From Eledone cirrhosa (lineage: Eukaryota), in assembly GCA_964016885.1 (NCBI GenBank), contig OZ024743.1, positions 343,976,001-344,040,000 on the forward strand: 64,000 nucleotides of DNA. The letters run 5' to 3'. This document shows positions 26,575 to 40,186 of this stretch, in pieces. Under the pieces are notes generated by a model. It had not been told where the DNA came from. It saw only the letters and a list, made by a program, of their open reading frames with translations, and searched no databases. A program made the translations under genes and the position numbers. Positions within the stretch are counted from its first letter, which is position 1, and the number at the start of each line of letters is the position of its first letter.

Positions 26575-26885
26575 TACCCAAGCTACAATCGTCGAGCCCG
26601 TGGCAATGGAGACTGCTGGTGTCTTTGGCCCTAGGGCCACCTCCCTTCTCACCGCCACCGGCACAGAGTTGGCTACCTGCAGGTGTGAGCCTCGCGAGCT
26701 GGAATGGCTCTTCCAGCACGTCTCCATCACCATCCTCCGCGGAAACGCCTTCTCTATTCTGTCCACCGGGGCCGTAGAGCGGCCAGCGCGTGGGACCCCA
26801 TTTGCTCACAATAGTAAGAGATGTGGATAACTGGAGAGACGGAGTCAGTGACAGTGGAAGTTTGGTTGTTTTGTGTTAGGACTTG
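26575..26885 (+). mobile_element. CRE-clade LINE 3' remnant
   Basis: VEPVAMETAGVFGPRATSLL...EPRELEWLFQHVSITILRGNAFSIL, homologous to 21080-21260, plus 3' UTR. Confidence 0.78.
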
Positions 26886-27179
26886 GTGATTATATGTGTA
26901 TATAAGAGAGAATGATTCTAAAAGCTGTTTCTTGTACAGTAAAATTACTGTAGTATTCAGTAAACAACTTCAGAACTAGCAATTTGAAGGCGGTAAATTG
27001 GCGGAAGCATTAGAAAATCGTATAAGATGCTTTGCGTTATTTAATACGGCTTTTAGCGTTTTAAGATATTGACTATGGTCAACATTGCCATTCACCCTTC
27101 CGGGATCGAGGAATAAAATATCTGTCTAAGGTGTGAACTGGCAGAATCGTTAGAGCATCGGACGCGATAGCATGTATTA

Positions 27180-27365
27180 TGTCTTACAGTATCGGTGGAG
27201 GGTCGGACGCCATGCTTTCCAGCATAGTTACGTCCCTTTACGATCTGAGTTCAAATCCCGCCGAGGTTGACTTTGCCTTTCATCCTTACGGGGTCGATAA
27301 AATAAAGTACCAGTAATGTACTGGGTAATTGCTGGCCTTGTGCCTAAAGTAGAAACAATTATTTC
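27180..27365 (+). mobile_element. SINE family A
   Basis: Matches 22985-23167; older partial copies directly upstream (26988-27170). Confidence 0.82.
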
Positions 27366-27479
27366 TTACAGTTTGTTGTGTTCTAAATTCAAATCCTGCA
27401 ACGACCTACTTGGATGGTAAACTTAATCCATTGCCTAGGTTAAGTTACAAGGCAACCAATACTACCATTAAATCATCTA

Positions 27480-27568
27480 CATTACCAACACCGTAACCCA
27501 TCACCACTACTACGGCCACCATCTCCATGACAGTGACGACGACGACAACGATCACCACCATTATCAGC

Positions 27569-27599
<31 letters not shown>

Positions 27600-28377
27600 G
27601 CATCACCTCCGTTAACACCACTAGCAGCAGTAACAGCAATGACACCACCAATAACAACAGCTACAGTATTACTACCACTAACAACAGCATCCACACCATG
27701 TTCCCACAACCATCTCACTCCTTACCATGATCGCCCCAACCACCACAACTACCACCACCATTAAGACCTCCATCATCCCACGACTGCCGCCGAGGCTGCC
27801 ATCAACACCACCGCCAACAAAACATCTACCCACACCACAACCAACTACCACCATCATAACCACAACCACCACATTAACCATCACCACCACCACTACCATC
27901 ACAACCAACACCACCACTGTCAAGAAAAACATCTACCCACACCACAACCAACTACCACCATCATAACCACAACCACCACATTAACCATCACCACCACCAC
28001 TACCATCACAACCAACACCACCACTGTCAAGAAAAACATCTACCCACACCACAACCAACTACCACCATCATAACCACAACCACCACATTAACCATCACCA
28101 CCACCACTACCATCACAACCAACACCACCACTGTCAAGAAAAACATCTACCCACACCACAACCAACTACCACCATCATAACCACAACCACCACATTAACC
28201 ATCACCACCACCACTACCATCACAACCAACACCACCACTGTCAAGAAAAACATCTACCCACACCACAACCAACTATCACCATCACCACCAACACCACTAT
28301 AGTAATCATCACCACCAACACCACCACAGTAACTACCACCACCAACAAAACATCTACCCACACCACAACCAGCTACC

Positions 28378-28410
<33 letters not shown>

Positions 28411-29995
28411 AAAAACAACACCACCACCGCCAAACAAAACATCTACCCACACCACAACTAGCTACCACCATCACCACCAACAGCACCACAGCAACCATCA
28501 CCATCAACACCACCACAGTAACCCCCACCACTACCACCACTACCACCACTACCACCACTACCACCACCACCACCACCACCACCACCACCACCACCACAAC
28601 CACCACCACCACCACCACTACCATTACAACCACCACCAGGACCAACTACCACTACCATCACCATCACCACCACCACCACCACCACCATCACCACCAAAAC
28701 CACCACCACCACCACCATGACCAATTACCACCACCATCACTAGCACCACCACCACCACCACCATTACCACCACCACGACCAACTACCACCATCACCACCA
28801 CCACTACAACCACCACCACCACCACCACCACCACCACCACCACCACCAACACCACTACCACAACCACCAACACCACTACCACCACCATCAGTACCACCAC
28901 CACCACCACCACCAACTACCACCACAACCAACTACCACCACCACCAACTACCACCACCACCACCATTACCACCACCACGACCAGCTACCACCATCACCAC
29001 AACCACTACCACCACCACCACCACAACCAACTACCACCACCACGACCAACTACCACCATCACCACCACCACCACCATCACAACCATCCACCACTACCACC
29101 ACCACCACCACCACCACAACCACGGCCAACTACCACCACCACCATCAGTGCCACCACCATCACCACCAACACCACTACTACCACCATCAGTACCACCACC
29201 ACCACCACCACCAACTACCACCACAACCAACTACCACCACTACCACCACCACCACCACCACCACCACAACCACGGCCAACTACCACCACCACCATCAGTG
29301 CCACGACCATCACCACCAACACCACTACCACCACCATCAGTACCACCAACCACCACCACCACCACCACCACCACCACCACCACCACCACCACCACCACCA
29401 CCACCAACCACCACCACCACCACCACCATCACCACCACCACCAACCACCAACCACCACCACCACCACCACCACCACCACCACCACCACCACCACCACCAC
29501 CACCACCACCACCACCACCACCACCACCACCACCACCACCACCACCACCACCACCACCACCACCACCAACAACCACCACCACCACCACCACCACCATCAC
29601 CACCACCACCAACCACCAACCACCACCACCACCACCACCACCACCACCACCACCAACAACCACCACCAACCACCACCACCAACCACCACCACCACCACCA
29701 CCACCACCACCACCACCACCACCACCACCACCACCAACCACCACCACCACCACCACCACCACCACCACCACCACCACCACCACCACCACCACCACCATCA
29801 CCACCACCACCAACCACCAACCACCACCACCACCACCACCACCACCACCACCACCAACCACCACCACCACCACCACCACCACCACCACCATCACCACCAC
29901 CACCAACCACCAACCACCACCACCACCACCACCACCACCACCACCACCACCAACCACCACCACCACCACCACCACCACCACCACCACCACCATCA
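27480..29995. repeat. ~2.5-kb (CAC)n-based low-complexity tract containing a 107-bp minisatellite (about 4 units, 27820-28270)
   Basis: AAAACATCTACCCACACCACAACC recurs at about 27926, 28033, 28140 and 28247; nearly pure (ACC)n after 29350. Confidence 0.95.
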
Positions 29996-30225
29996 TATCA
30001 AAACAGTGTTCAACTCCTCCCTCAGTTGACACCAACACCTGTAAATTTTGATTAATTTTAAAACAAAAGACTCCATTTAGGAGACAAAAATAATTGTCTG
30101 TTTCAGTGAGTGGAGAAGGGAGGGGGACAGAGTTATGTGGTTCGGTTTAGTGATTTGTTTAATAGTATTGCTGTTGTTATTCTTTTTGCTTTTGTTGGTG
30201 TTGCCGCCGCTGCCGCCGCCGCTGC

Positions 30226-30464
30226 CTTCTTCTTCTTCTTCTTCTTCTTCTTCTTCTTCTTCTTCTTCTTCTTCTTCTTCTTCTTCTTCTTCTTCTTCTT
30301 CTTCTTCTCCTCCTCCTCCTCCTCCTCCCCCTCCTCCTCCTCCTCCTTCTTCTTCTTCTTCTTCTTCTTCTTCTTCTTCTTCTTCTTCTTCTTCTTCTTC
30401 TTCTTCTTCTTCTTCTTCTTCTTCTTCTTCTTCTTCTTCTTCTTCTTCTTCTTCTTCTTCTTCT
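30226..30464. repeat. (TTC)n-(TCC)n-(TTC)n polypyrimidine tract
   Basis: Direct inspection. Confidence 0.97.
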
Positions 30465-30724
30465 GTGGCGGCAACTGCACGTGTTTCCCCATACACACGT
30501 ACGTATATTCTTATGTATACACAAACGCACACATACATACACTCACATATGCACACAAAAAGATTCATATACACAGATAAACTGCCACATAGAACTATAT
30601 ACATTGACACATATATACACGCCTAAATATACACAAATATATACGTATATTCAGCCGTACACATCTAAACGCAGCATACACATAACAGCATTTATCCACT
30701 TGCATATTGATGCATGTAAATACA

Positions 30725-31179
30725 TCTATATATCTAAAACAGAGAATGTCTGTCTGTCTGTGTGACTGCCTAAAACTCGAGAACCACCGAATCGATTGTT
30801 TTCAAACTTTACACATGTAACACTTATGGTCCTGTGCGTGTTTTGAGCAAAAACTATTTCAAATTTTCAATGCCCTAGGGACCGCAGTAGGCGATTTAGC
30901 GATCTCTCTCTATAATTCTTAGTCTTTCTTTTTAGATAGATACATAGACATAACGTTGCATCCTTATAATATCTGTCTGTATGTCTGACTGTCTGCATTA
31001 CGACATTATGACGCTATATGTGTGTGTGCGTGCATATGTATATATAGTGTGTGTGTATATATAGTGTGTAACATTTCTCGAAATATTTACTTCTGCGTTC
31101 ACAGATTGATTTTTTTTACTTTCAGAAAATCCCGTTAAGAGTGAAAGCAGCGATTCTTTGCTTAAACTTTAATCTGTTA

Positions 31180-31246
<67 letters not shown>

Positions 31247-31478
31247 GTTAAGCGTCAGTCATACAAAAGTGAGTTACAAACGAAACGAAATTTAATTTCG
31301 TTTCGTTATTTGTTTTTATATATATATATATATATATTCGTGTACAGATATTTTTGCATACACAATAACAAAATATAAACAAACGTATTTATTTCACGAG
31401 GCTCGATAAGGATAAATATATATCAAATATATAAGAACCCTAGAGCAAATCCAGAGAAACGCCGGGCCATTCTGCTAG
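30725..31478 (+). mobile_element. Non-autonomous Helitron related to 1712-2546
   Basis: A|TCTATATATCTAAAAC start, shared CCTAAAACTCGAGAA...TTCAAACTTTACACATGT module, end AACGCCGGGCCATTCTGCTAG|T. Confidence 0.72.
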
Positions 31479-31538
31479 TATATAGATAAAAATATATACG
31501 TATAAGAGCATACATAGTTACACCCAAGCATGCAAATA

Positions 31539-31858
31539 CGAGAGTCAGCTGAACAGTTCATAGGCTGACTATGAAAGATTGATTCTAGAGCTGAGAAATC
31601 TTGCATGTATTCATTTCAACTTTTCTTAATAATTATTTCTACTTTTAGTACAAGGCCAGCAATTACTTCAGTGTATTATTGGTACTTTATTTTATCGACC
31701 CCATAAGGATGAAAGGTGAAGTTAACCTCGGCGGGATTTGAACTCAGATCATAAAGACTGCATTGTTTCTTTCCAGGGACTATGTTGAAAAATAAACCTC
31801 ATTTGGTCATTCCATGAGAGCATCTTGGTCAACCAATGAAATTTTCAGTCGAGCCCCG
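31539..31858 (+). mobile_element. mariner-derived MITE interrupted by a SINE A fragment (31630-31755)
   Basis: Imperfect TIRs TA|CGAGAGTCAGCTGAACAGTTCATAGGCTGAC and GTCAACCAATGAAATTTTCAGTCGAGCCCCG|TA; transposase C-terminus ..DYVEK* at about 31777-31796. Confidence 0.65.
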
Positions 31859-32058
31859 TATATACACATGTCGCTGTCAATGCTAATATATGATATATTT
31901 AAGAATGGATATTTGTCGGTATAGGCGATGATTGTTTTATTTGTTCGATCAACGGTTTGGTCTAGTCATCAAATTAACGCGTTTGTGTTTTCTACACACT
32001 TGTATAGCCATAACATAATTCCCGGAGATTCAGAGCTATGAGTCAGTAGGCTAGATCT

Positions 32059-32648
32059 TTAACCCAATAGAATTTAAACCGGCCATATCCGGCGAGAATT
32101 CTCTCACCTCTTTCTGTTCAAACCGGCTGTAACCAGCCACCCATACTAATGTTAAGGTATTGTTCTAAAAATAAATAATTGTTTCTAATTTTGGCACAAG
32201 GCCAGCAATTATTCCAGTGCATTACTGGTACTTTATTTTATCGACCCCGTAAGGATTAAAGGCAAAGTTAACCTCGGCGGGATTTGAACTCAGATCACAG
32301 AGGGCCGTAACTCTATGCTAATATCAAAATCTCATAGATTCGATATATAAGATAATTATGTGAGATAATTATTGTTTTTACTTTTGGCCCAAGGCCAGCA
32401 AATAACCCAGTATATTACTGGTACTTTATTTTATCGACCTCGTAAGGATGAAAGGCAAAGTTAACCTTGGCGGGATTTGAACTCAGACCATAAGGGGCCG
32501 TAACTCAATGCTAATATCAAAATCTGATATTATGTTAGATTCAATATTATGTGAGATAATTATGTGAGATAATTATGCAAGATAAAGCCTTTACAGTGAA
32601 AATACAATAGTATGTATAAAGTAATGTAAATGTAGTGTAAAGGATTAA
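32059..32648. mobile_element. Possible piggyBac-like MITE containing two SINE A copies (32175-32320, 32365-32512)
   Basis: TTAA|CCC start and AAAGGA|TTAA end; the two SINE-containing segments look like a local tandem duplication. Confidence 0.4.
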
Positions 32649-32809
32649 ATTACAGATACAATCCACCCGACAGACTTCCACACAGTTTCTGTCTATCCAA
32701 TTTCTTTTACAAGCATTTAGAAACACTTGCTCAAGATGTCAGGCTGAGGGATCGAATCTGGAATCACATGATTAGGAAGTGAACTTCTTAACAATTAGCA
32801 CTATTGCAT

Positions 32810-32883
<74 letters not shown>

Positions 32884-32886
32884 ACG

Positions 32887-32918
<32 letters not shown>

Positions 32919-33109
32919 ACACACACATACGCACACATATAACACACACACACACACAGATATATGCAAAAACACACGCACACACACTCACGCACACTCA
33001 CGCACACTCAGGCCCACTTACGCACACTCACGCACACACACACATACACACTCACACGCACAAATATAACACACACACACACATATAACACGCACGCACA
33101 CGCACACGC

Positions 33110-33149
<40 letters not shown>

Positions 33150-33250
33150 ACACACTCACACGCACACACACATACGTGTTTGTGTGTATGTGTGTCTGTG
33201 GGTGTATATGAAGAGCGTTGTTTGTCTGGGTATATATTGATAGGAATGTG

Positions 33251-33306
<56 letters not shown>

Positions 33307-33309
<3 letters not shown>

Positions 33310-33592
33310 AAAGTTATATTTAAAATTGTTGGGTTACAACTAGTAAATATTTATAACTGATATAAAAGCACTCGACAAATATTTGGAGTATATTTACAAT
33401 ATTAAATAAATGGAAACTATATTTATAAAACCATATTGATTTCATTATATATATTTCGGGGATATCATATTAACAATATGCTATGCCTTCCTCAGACAAA
33501 ATACAATATAAACAGTTGTTAATATGATATCCCCGAAATATATATAATGAAATAAATATGGTTTTGTAAATATAGTTTCCATTTATTTAATT

Positions 33593-33595
<3 letters not shown>
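33307..33595 (-). mobile_element. Fold-back HHR element in (TA)n
   Basis: Inverted arms at about 33400-33477 and 33517-33592; HHR on the minus strand; TA tracts on both sides. Confidence 0.68.
33441..33500 (-). ncRNA. Type I hammerhead ribozyme
   Basis: TTTGT-CTGAGGA-[aGGcATAgCATATT/AATATGaTATcCC]-GAAA-TATATA-TA-ATGAA. Intact core, palindromic ATATATAT stem III, stem I with G-U pairs. Confidence 0.65.
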
Positions 33596-33642
<47 letters not shown>

Positions 33643-33888
33643 TATGTATATATCATTCATTTAAATTATTGATTTATTGATTTATTGATATTTTTTATCT
33701 GATTGTCCCGAATCTTCTATTATCGATTTTTTTATCGTATGGTTGATTTTAGACTTGTTCTATGTGTGACGGTATTTTAACGATAGTTATAGCTCTGATT
33801 CATCTGAATTATTGAGCCCTCTGCCGCTCATTTCGAATTTTGTTTATCGTTAACTCGTGCGCCGATTTTTCGATACTCGATCATTCTA

Positions 33889-33932
<44 letters not shown>

Positions 33933-33995
33933 GCTGGATTATTGTAAACGACTGAGAGTTTATTCTCAAAATATAATATAGTATATATATATATA

Positions 33996-34354
<359 letters not shown>

Positions 34355-35795
34355 GAGTGTATGAGTGAGGAGTAACGGTCTGTGAGGTAGAAAATGTGTA
34401 CGAGTGTGTGAGTGTATATGTATGAGAGTGCAAGCATTTGAAGGGTGGTATGTATGTGTATGGTTATGTTAAACTATGTATTTTATGTAGAATACTTTGT
34501 TTACTTGTGTAGAGTAATTTGTACATGTGTGTTACTGTGCAAACTATATATGCACGTATGTATTTATATATATATATATATGTGTGTGCGTGAGTCCGTG
34601 GACGGGTTGGTTTGGGTATGTGTGTGGATATGGCAATACGGGATTATCTGAGTGTTGTGTAGGGGTGGGTGAATGGTTGTGCAGAAGAGATGATATAGTG
34701 GGGGTAGGAAGAAAGAAAAGACAAAAGCTACTTATTTATAATTTCAACATAAATTGCTTTCCAATTTCACAGTTGGCAGTTCCAATGTGTTTCGATGTTG
34801 TTCTTTATCGCTGTATAACATAATTAAAACAGCTTTTGGCTTGAACAATCATCACTGCAATCGCCAAACTACCTGACGGAACACCAACTACTTCATTGAA
34901 TAGTGCAAACAATGTCGGACCAAGAAAACAGCTGAGCATATATGCATTGCTGTATCTTCATTAAAAAAGATAAGTGTTCATCATCTTAATGGAATAAAAG
35001 ACTAAATTTCTTTCATTTTAACTCTAGATTAGATTAAAATAAAACGGTCGGTTCTCTTATAGAATTACTTAGGTGTCAACCGATTTTGGTTTCTTTTTTT
35101 TTTTTTTAAATCATAAAGTGACATCTGAGGAATGTTCTGAAGGCTCACTCTAATACATCTTACACCAGGATATAGATAAAGGTAAATGCCAAATGAGTTT
35201 TTTATTTTTACTATGAAAATAAGGCAATTTTTTTCAACAACTTAATCGTTGAAGGAAAGCCGGCTTCCGTGGACTTCTATATTTTTTCAGATCATCCGAG
35301 ATAAGTATAAAAAAGGTGGCAGTTATCTTCAAATTGGAGACCAAGTACAAATGCTTGCAATAGAGTAAACTCCGCTAAAGTTTCCAAGGAGGAGGTGGTG
35401 GTGGTAAACCGAGTGACAGATTATATCTAGTACTATCTCAATTATAAAACATATTTGTTATAGTCTAAAAGAAGTGTCATTCAGTCTCGAAACATTAGAT
35501 TTCTTTTCTCTTCACAGCATCCGAACCTATCCAAACTCATAACATTCGCTGTATAATACCTGTAGAAATAGATCGCCACTTAGAGCTCAGTTTTTAACGT
35601 GAATTTAAATGTTTTGACCTAGAATTAAAGGATTTCGAATAATATTCCGTGGAGAGTAGTTATAATTATTATTTTAAATATAGACTCCAAGTATAACGTG
35701 CGGTTGGCAGAGTCATTAGAACAAAATGTCTTTTGGTCGACGTTGTCTTTCATACTTTTAAAAATCAAATAAATAAAGTAGCAGAAGTGCTATAT

Positions 35796-35905
<110 letters not shown>

Positions 35906-36140
35906 TGTGCATAGTACTATGTATAGTACTGATTACACTTCATTGCTATTCTCAGTTTTGTCTTACTGATCAGACAACTAGCGGCCATGTTACAGATAAT
36001 ATATATATACCCAATAATATGAATGTATGTATCATCTATGAGCCTATTACAAGACAAAATAGGTAGCCTTTATGTGAAACATTATGTCTTATTTTTGTCG
36101 TACAAGCTCTAGTTATTTTTTGCCAATGGCATATTATTTC

Positions 36141-36323
36141 GTGACCAGCGAGATCAGCGGAATGAGAGTATCTGTTGAGTGTATCAAATTTTGAATGTGA
36201 TGACCGTGAGTCCGATGTAATTTCTATTCACGCCAGTGACCAGTGAGATCAGCGGAATGAGAGTATCTGTTGAGTGTATCAAATTTTGAATGTGATGACC
36301 GTGAGTCCGATGTAATTTCTATT
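36141..36323. repeat. 95-bp tandem duplication
   Basis: GTGACCAG(C/T)GAGATCAGCGGAATG...TTTCTATT at 36141 and 36236. Confidence 0.92.
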
Positions 36324-36798
36324 TACACCACGAGGTAACGTTAGCACCGCATATTTGAACATAGATATAGTTTTCTCATAAAGACTGCGATGCCTATTCC
36401 AATAATATTCACCATATATATAGTAATTTGAACCATAATATTTAGTTACGTAATCTACGAGCAATCTCAGTAGATGATTGCATTTCCTTTTGGTACTGAG
36501 CAATATTTTTTCTTGTTTGTAAATCCCCCCCCCCCCCCCCGTCCTTCAATACCATACACATGCCAAGTCGGTTATATTATGGTAGATATTCAGCAGTTGC
36601 TAAATGCTTTGGCATATACCCTGATCCGAGGTATGAAATGTCTTTAATGCCAATATAAATTTATATATTCTCTTTTCTAAATCTGTTTTGACATTTTTAT
36701 TTATGCACCCATAACAAACGCAGGTATGGTTGCACTTATAAATATTTATCACTACGCACAGTAATGTAGTAACGTACAATCATATCAATATCAATATA

Positions 36799-36950
<152 letters not shown>

Positions 36951-37086
36951 CGTGTGTGTGTGTATATATATATATATATTGTACCATAAATGTGTTTATG
37001 TTTATGCATGTATGTATATATATACCTATCTAAATATATACATATATATATACACATATATACATGTATATATGGTGTGTGTGTAC

Positions 37087-37130
<44 letters not shown>

Positions 37131-37737
37131 TGCACGTTTTTGGTTAGTAATAGTTGTTCTGAGTTATTGTAGAAGAAGAAGAAGAAGAAGAAGAAGAAGA
37201 AGAAGAAGAAGAAGAAGAAGAAGAAGCTGTTCCTTCCACCAAATTCGGTTAACGATCCTTCCTTATCTATTCTTGGGTCTCGAATATTCGTACTCCACCC
37301 TTGCTTACTAATTTTTCAGATTTTTTCCAATATTAAATTTTGCTAATTTATCTCCGACTAAATTTTACTCTAAGTGGGATGGGTTGGGGTCTCAATATGT
37401 AAACTAAACGACTAATTCTGATTTTTAAAAAATCAAGGGAGACAACCTAAAAAAAATTACCGATTCTCCCTCCACCTCACACTCGCTTATCCTTCCCCCT
37501 ATTATTTGGGACCCGAGAGTAGTTGAAGAGAATCAAGTTGCAAGATATAAATCTTATACGGGTGTGTTGGGGGTATCGGAGGTGGTAGTAGTAGTGATAT
37601 TAGTGTGTGTAGGGGTAGTGTTTGTGATAGATTGGAAATTACGTTCTTCACAGTGCTGCCATTAAGGAATCATCAGATTAAATATGTTAATGCTATACAC
37701 CCCGTCACTTTTGACGGGTATCATGCTATCATAATAA

Positions 37738-37945
37738 GGACGGTGGTTTGGTAGTATCGGTAGAGCGCCGGATAACATGCTTCTCAGCCGAGAGTTACGG
37801 CCCTTTACGTTCTGAGTTCAAATCCGACTGAGGTTAGCTTTGCTTTCATCTTACGGGATCGATAAAATACAGTAGCAGTAATGCACTGGGGTCGATTTAA
37901 TCTCCCTTCAAATGGTTGTGCTTTTGCCTAAATCAGAAACCATTA
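37738..37945 (+). mobile_element. SINE family A
   Basis: Head, core and tail match 22985-23167. Confidence 0.8.
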
Positions 37946-37988
37946 TGCCATCAGCTATCATACAACATATATATAGTATGATATATAC

Positions 37989-38068
<80 letters not shown>

Positions 38069-38071
<3 letters not shown>

Positions 38072-38188
38072 AACAAGTAAGACCCCGACGGCTGAGCTCA
38101 AGCCGTTTCGACGGCTATTTCTGGACTAAACTTTAGTCCAGAAATAGCCGTCGAAACGGCTTGAGCTCTGCCGTCGGGGTCATACTTT

Positions 38189-38190
<2 letters not shown>
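38069..38190. mobile_element. Near-perfect palindrome made of two inverted HHR 3' halves, in (TA)n
   Basis: TAGCCGTC-GAAA-CGGCT..GCCG-TC-GGGGTC on both strands; same family as 41136-41346. Confidence 0.7.
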
Positions 38191-38224
<34 letters not shown>

Positions 38225-38237
38225 TTTTAATATAGAT

Positions 38238-38290
38238 GAGATTCTACAGGACTAGAACTGTTTCATTCTTTAGAAATCATCAGGAATCTC
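38238..38290 (-). ncRNA. Type I hammerhead ribozyme
   Basis: GAGATTC-CTGATGA-tTTCTAAAGAAt-GAAA-CAG(ttctagtc)CTG-TA-GAATCTC. Canonical core, 7-bp stem I. Confidence 0.9.
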
Positions 38291-38299
38291 AGAATCAGC

Positions 38300-38348
38300 G
38301 ATTCCTGATGATTTCTAAAGAATGAAACAGTTCTAGTCCTGTAGAATC
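38300..38348 (+). ncRNA. Type I hammerhead ribozyme (predicted cleavage after A38343)
   Basis: GATTC-CTGATGA-tTTCTAAAGAAt-GAAA-CAG(ttctagtc)CTG-TA-GAATC. Confidence 0.9.
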
Positions 38349-38454
38349 TCATCTATATTAAAACTTTTATACTCTGCAATGTATTGAGTACCTTACTTAC
38401 TGTGGTTACCTCCGATTCAACCCGGAATAACGTATATATATATATATATATATA

Positions 38455-39130
38455 TATTTATAAATAAATAAAACAAGAAACGAATAAAAAAGAAGAGTCA
38501 TTAACAAAAAAATCGTATTAGTTTCACGCTTAAAAGAAAGAGAGTGAGCTACACAGTCAACCCGGGCACTTACTTTTCGTCTGGAAAAACAGGGTAAGGG
38601 TGTAGAAAAAGAAACAGAATACAAAGGAATAACACAAAGAAAATAAAAAATGAAAATAAAATTTAAAATAAAATAAAAAGAAGAGGAGTCGTTATGATGG
38701 TTGGGGTAGTGGACCGGTGTGCGAGTGTAGGGGTCGAGGTGAGGTGTGCAGACATGTAATTGGTGGTTGTGTGTACGTGGGGTGTACACATATTATGCAG
38801 CGTGTGTGCATGTGTAGGTACTGGGTGTGTGGTTAATGGAAGTTGTGTGTGTTTAATGTGTGTACACCTGCGTCCGCGCGCGCGCACACATGCATGAATA
38901 TGCACGCAAACACACACATGTATACGTGTACACACTTATATACACGTGTCCCTGTAGATGCACTTCTGCATGTGTGTGCGAGTGTGTTTCTATGAATGTG
39001 TGGTTATTGGTGTGTATTGTGTGGTTACATGTATTGGTGTTTGCGCGCGCGTGCGCGTACGCATGGGATTCGTATCTAGTATGGTCCAAGTTTAAGTTTT
39101 CGCATCCAGTAGAATCCAGGGAGGTAAGTC
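38455..39130 (-). mobile_element. Possible old PLE 3' remnant (end of GIY-YIG plus CA-rich 3' UTR)
   Basis: Minus strand FYWMRKLKL resembles PLE C-termini; CA-rich UTR like 52990-53190; decayed CAGACGA...GAAA; bounded by (TA)n. Confidence 0.35.
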
Positions 39131-39162
39131 CGAATATATATATTTATATATATATATATATA

Positions 39163-39375
39163 GACAGTCGATCGACTTTCGTCAAATCGGACCGAGGAAA
39201 CAATGTTCCCGTCTTTCCAATTGCTAATACTATCTATCGGTTGCAAATCCGGCCAGAAGGAGCAACGTGAAATGAAGTGTGTTGCTCAAGGACATAACGG
39301 ATCAGCCGGTCCAGGAATCGAACTCACAACCTCACGATTGCGAATCCAATTCTCTAACCACTCAGCCACGCGCCT
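39163..39375 (-). mobile_element. SINE family B
   Basis: Near-identical to 18135-18346. Confidence 0.85.
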
Positions 39376-39409
39376 TCACACACACACACTACACACACAC
39401 ACACACACA

Positions 39410-39448
<39 letters not shown>

Positions 39449-39505
39449 ACACACACGCACACACACACACGCACGCACACACACGCACGCACACACACAC
39501 ACGCA

Positions 39506-39625
<120 letters not shown>

Positions 39626-40146
39626 GCTCTCGGCTAGCGTTTATAAAGAATATATATATATATATATATATATAGCGGCGATACACAAGCACAATAACAA
39701 CAAGCACATAAACACACACTAGTCACCCATCACACAGCAAACAAAACACTATACACACACGCAAACGCATGCGCAAAGAAGACAAAATAAAAATAAAATA
39801 AACAAACAAGCAAATAAATAAATAAATATATAGACAGACTGAATAAAAATGGCGTAGACATACAATACAACAGGAGGAAACGATAGCACCACTGCCGATG
39901 TTGCAGATGTGCAACGAAACATTTATGATAAACTATATATATGTGTTTGTGTCTATATTGTATCTGTATTATTTTTGACCGTCGGTCAGTCAATGGCTAC
40001 ATTGAGGACCGAGTAAGTTAGATTACCGATATAAAAGACACAGAAGCGAGAAGCGAAAACCAACCAAACAGTGAGTGTGTTCTGTTATTAATTCTGGCAA
40101 TATTACACAAATATGACCCTCCCCAAGTATAACAATATATATATAT

Positions 40147-40186
<40 letters not shown>

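Larger units (their letters stand above)
38221..38432 (+). mobile_element. HHR element with 5' inverted copy, in (TA)n
   Basis: Arms 38223-38288 and 38300-38365 are exact inverted repeats; about 65-nt unique tail; TA tracts on both sides. Confidence 0.8.

Noticed and set aside
27820-28270. Regularly spaced repeats (also 44258-44682) as a CRISPR-like array
   Set aside because: Whole units repeat with no unique spacers; eukaryotic context; no cas genes.
27445-30626. Poly-Thr/His/Pro, poly-Val/Gly/Trp and poly-Glu/Lys/Arg ORFs (mucin-like appearance)
   Set aside because: Trinucleotide repeats open in several frames on both strands; no signal peptide, domain or clear exon boundaries.
37268-37521. 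Possible MITE with TACTCTCGGGTCCCAAATA-like TIRs
   Set aside because: Inverted ends match only loosely; single copy in the window.
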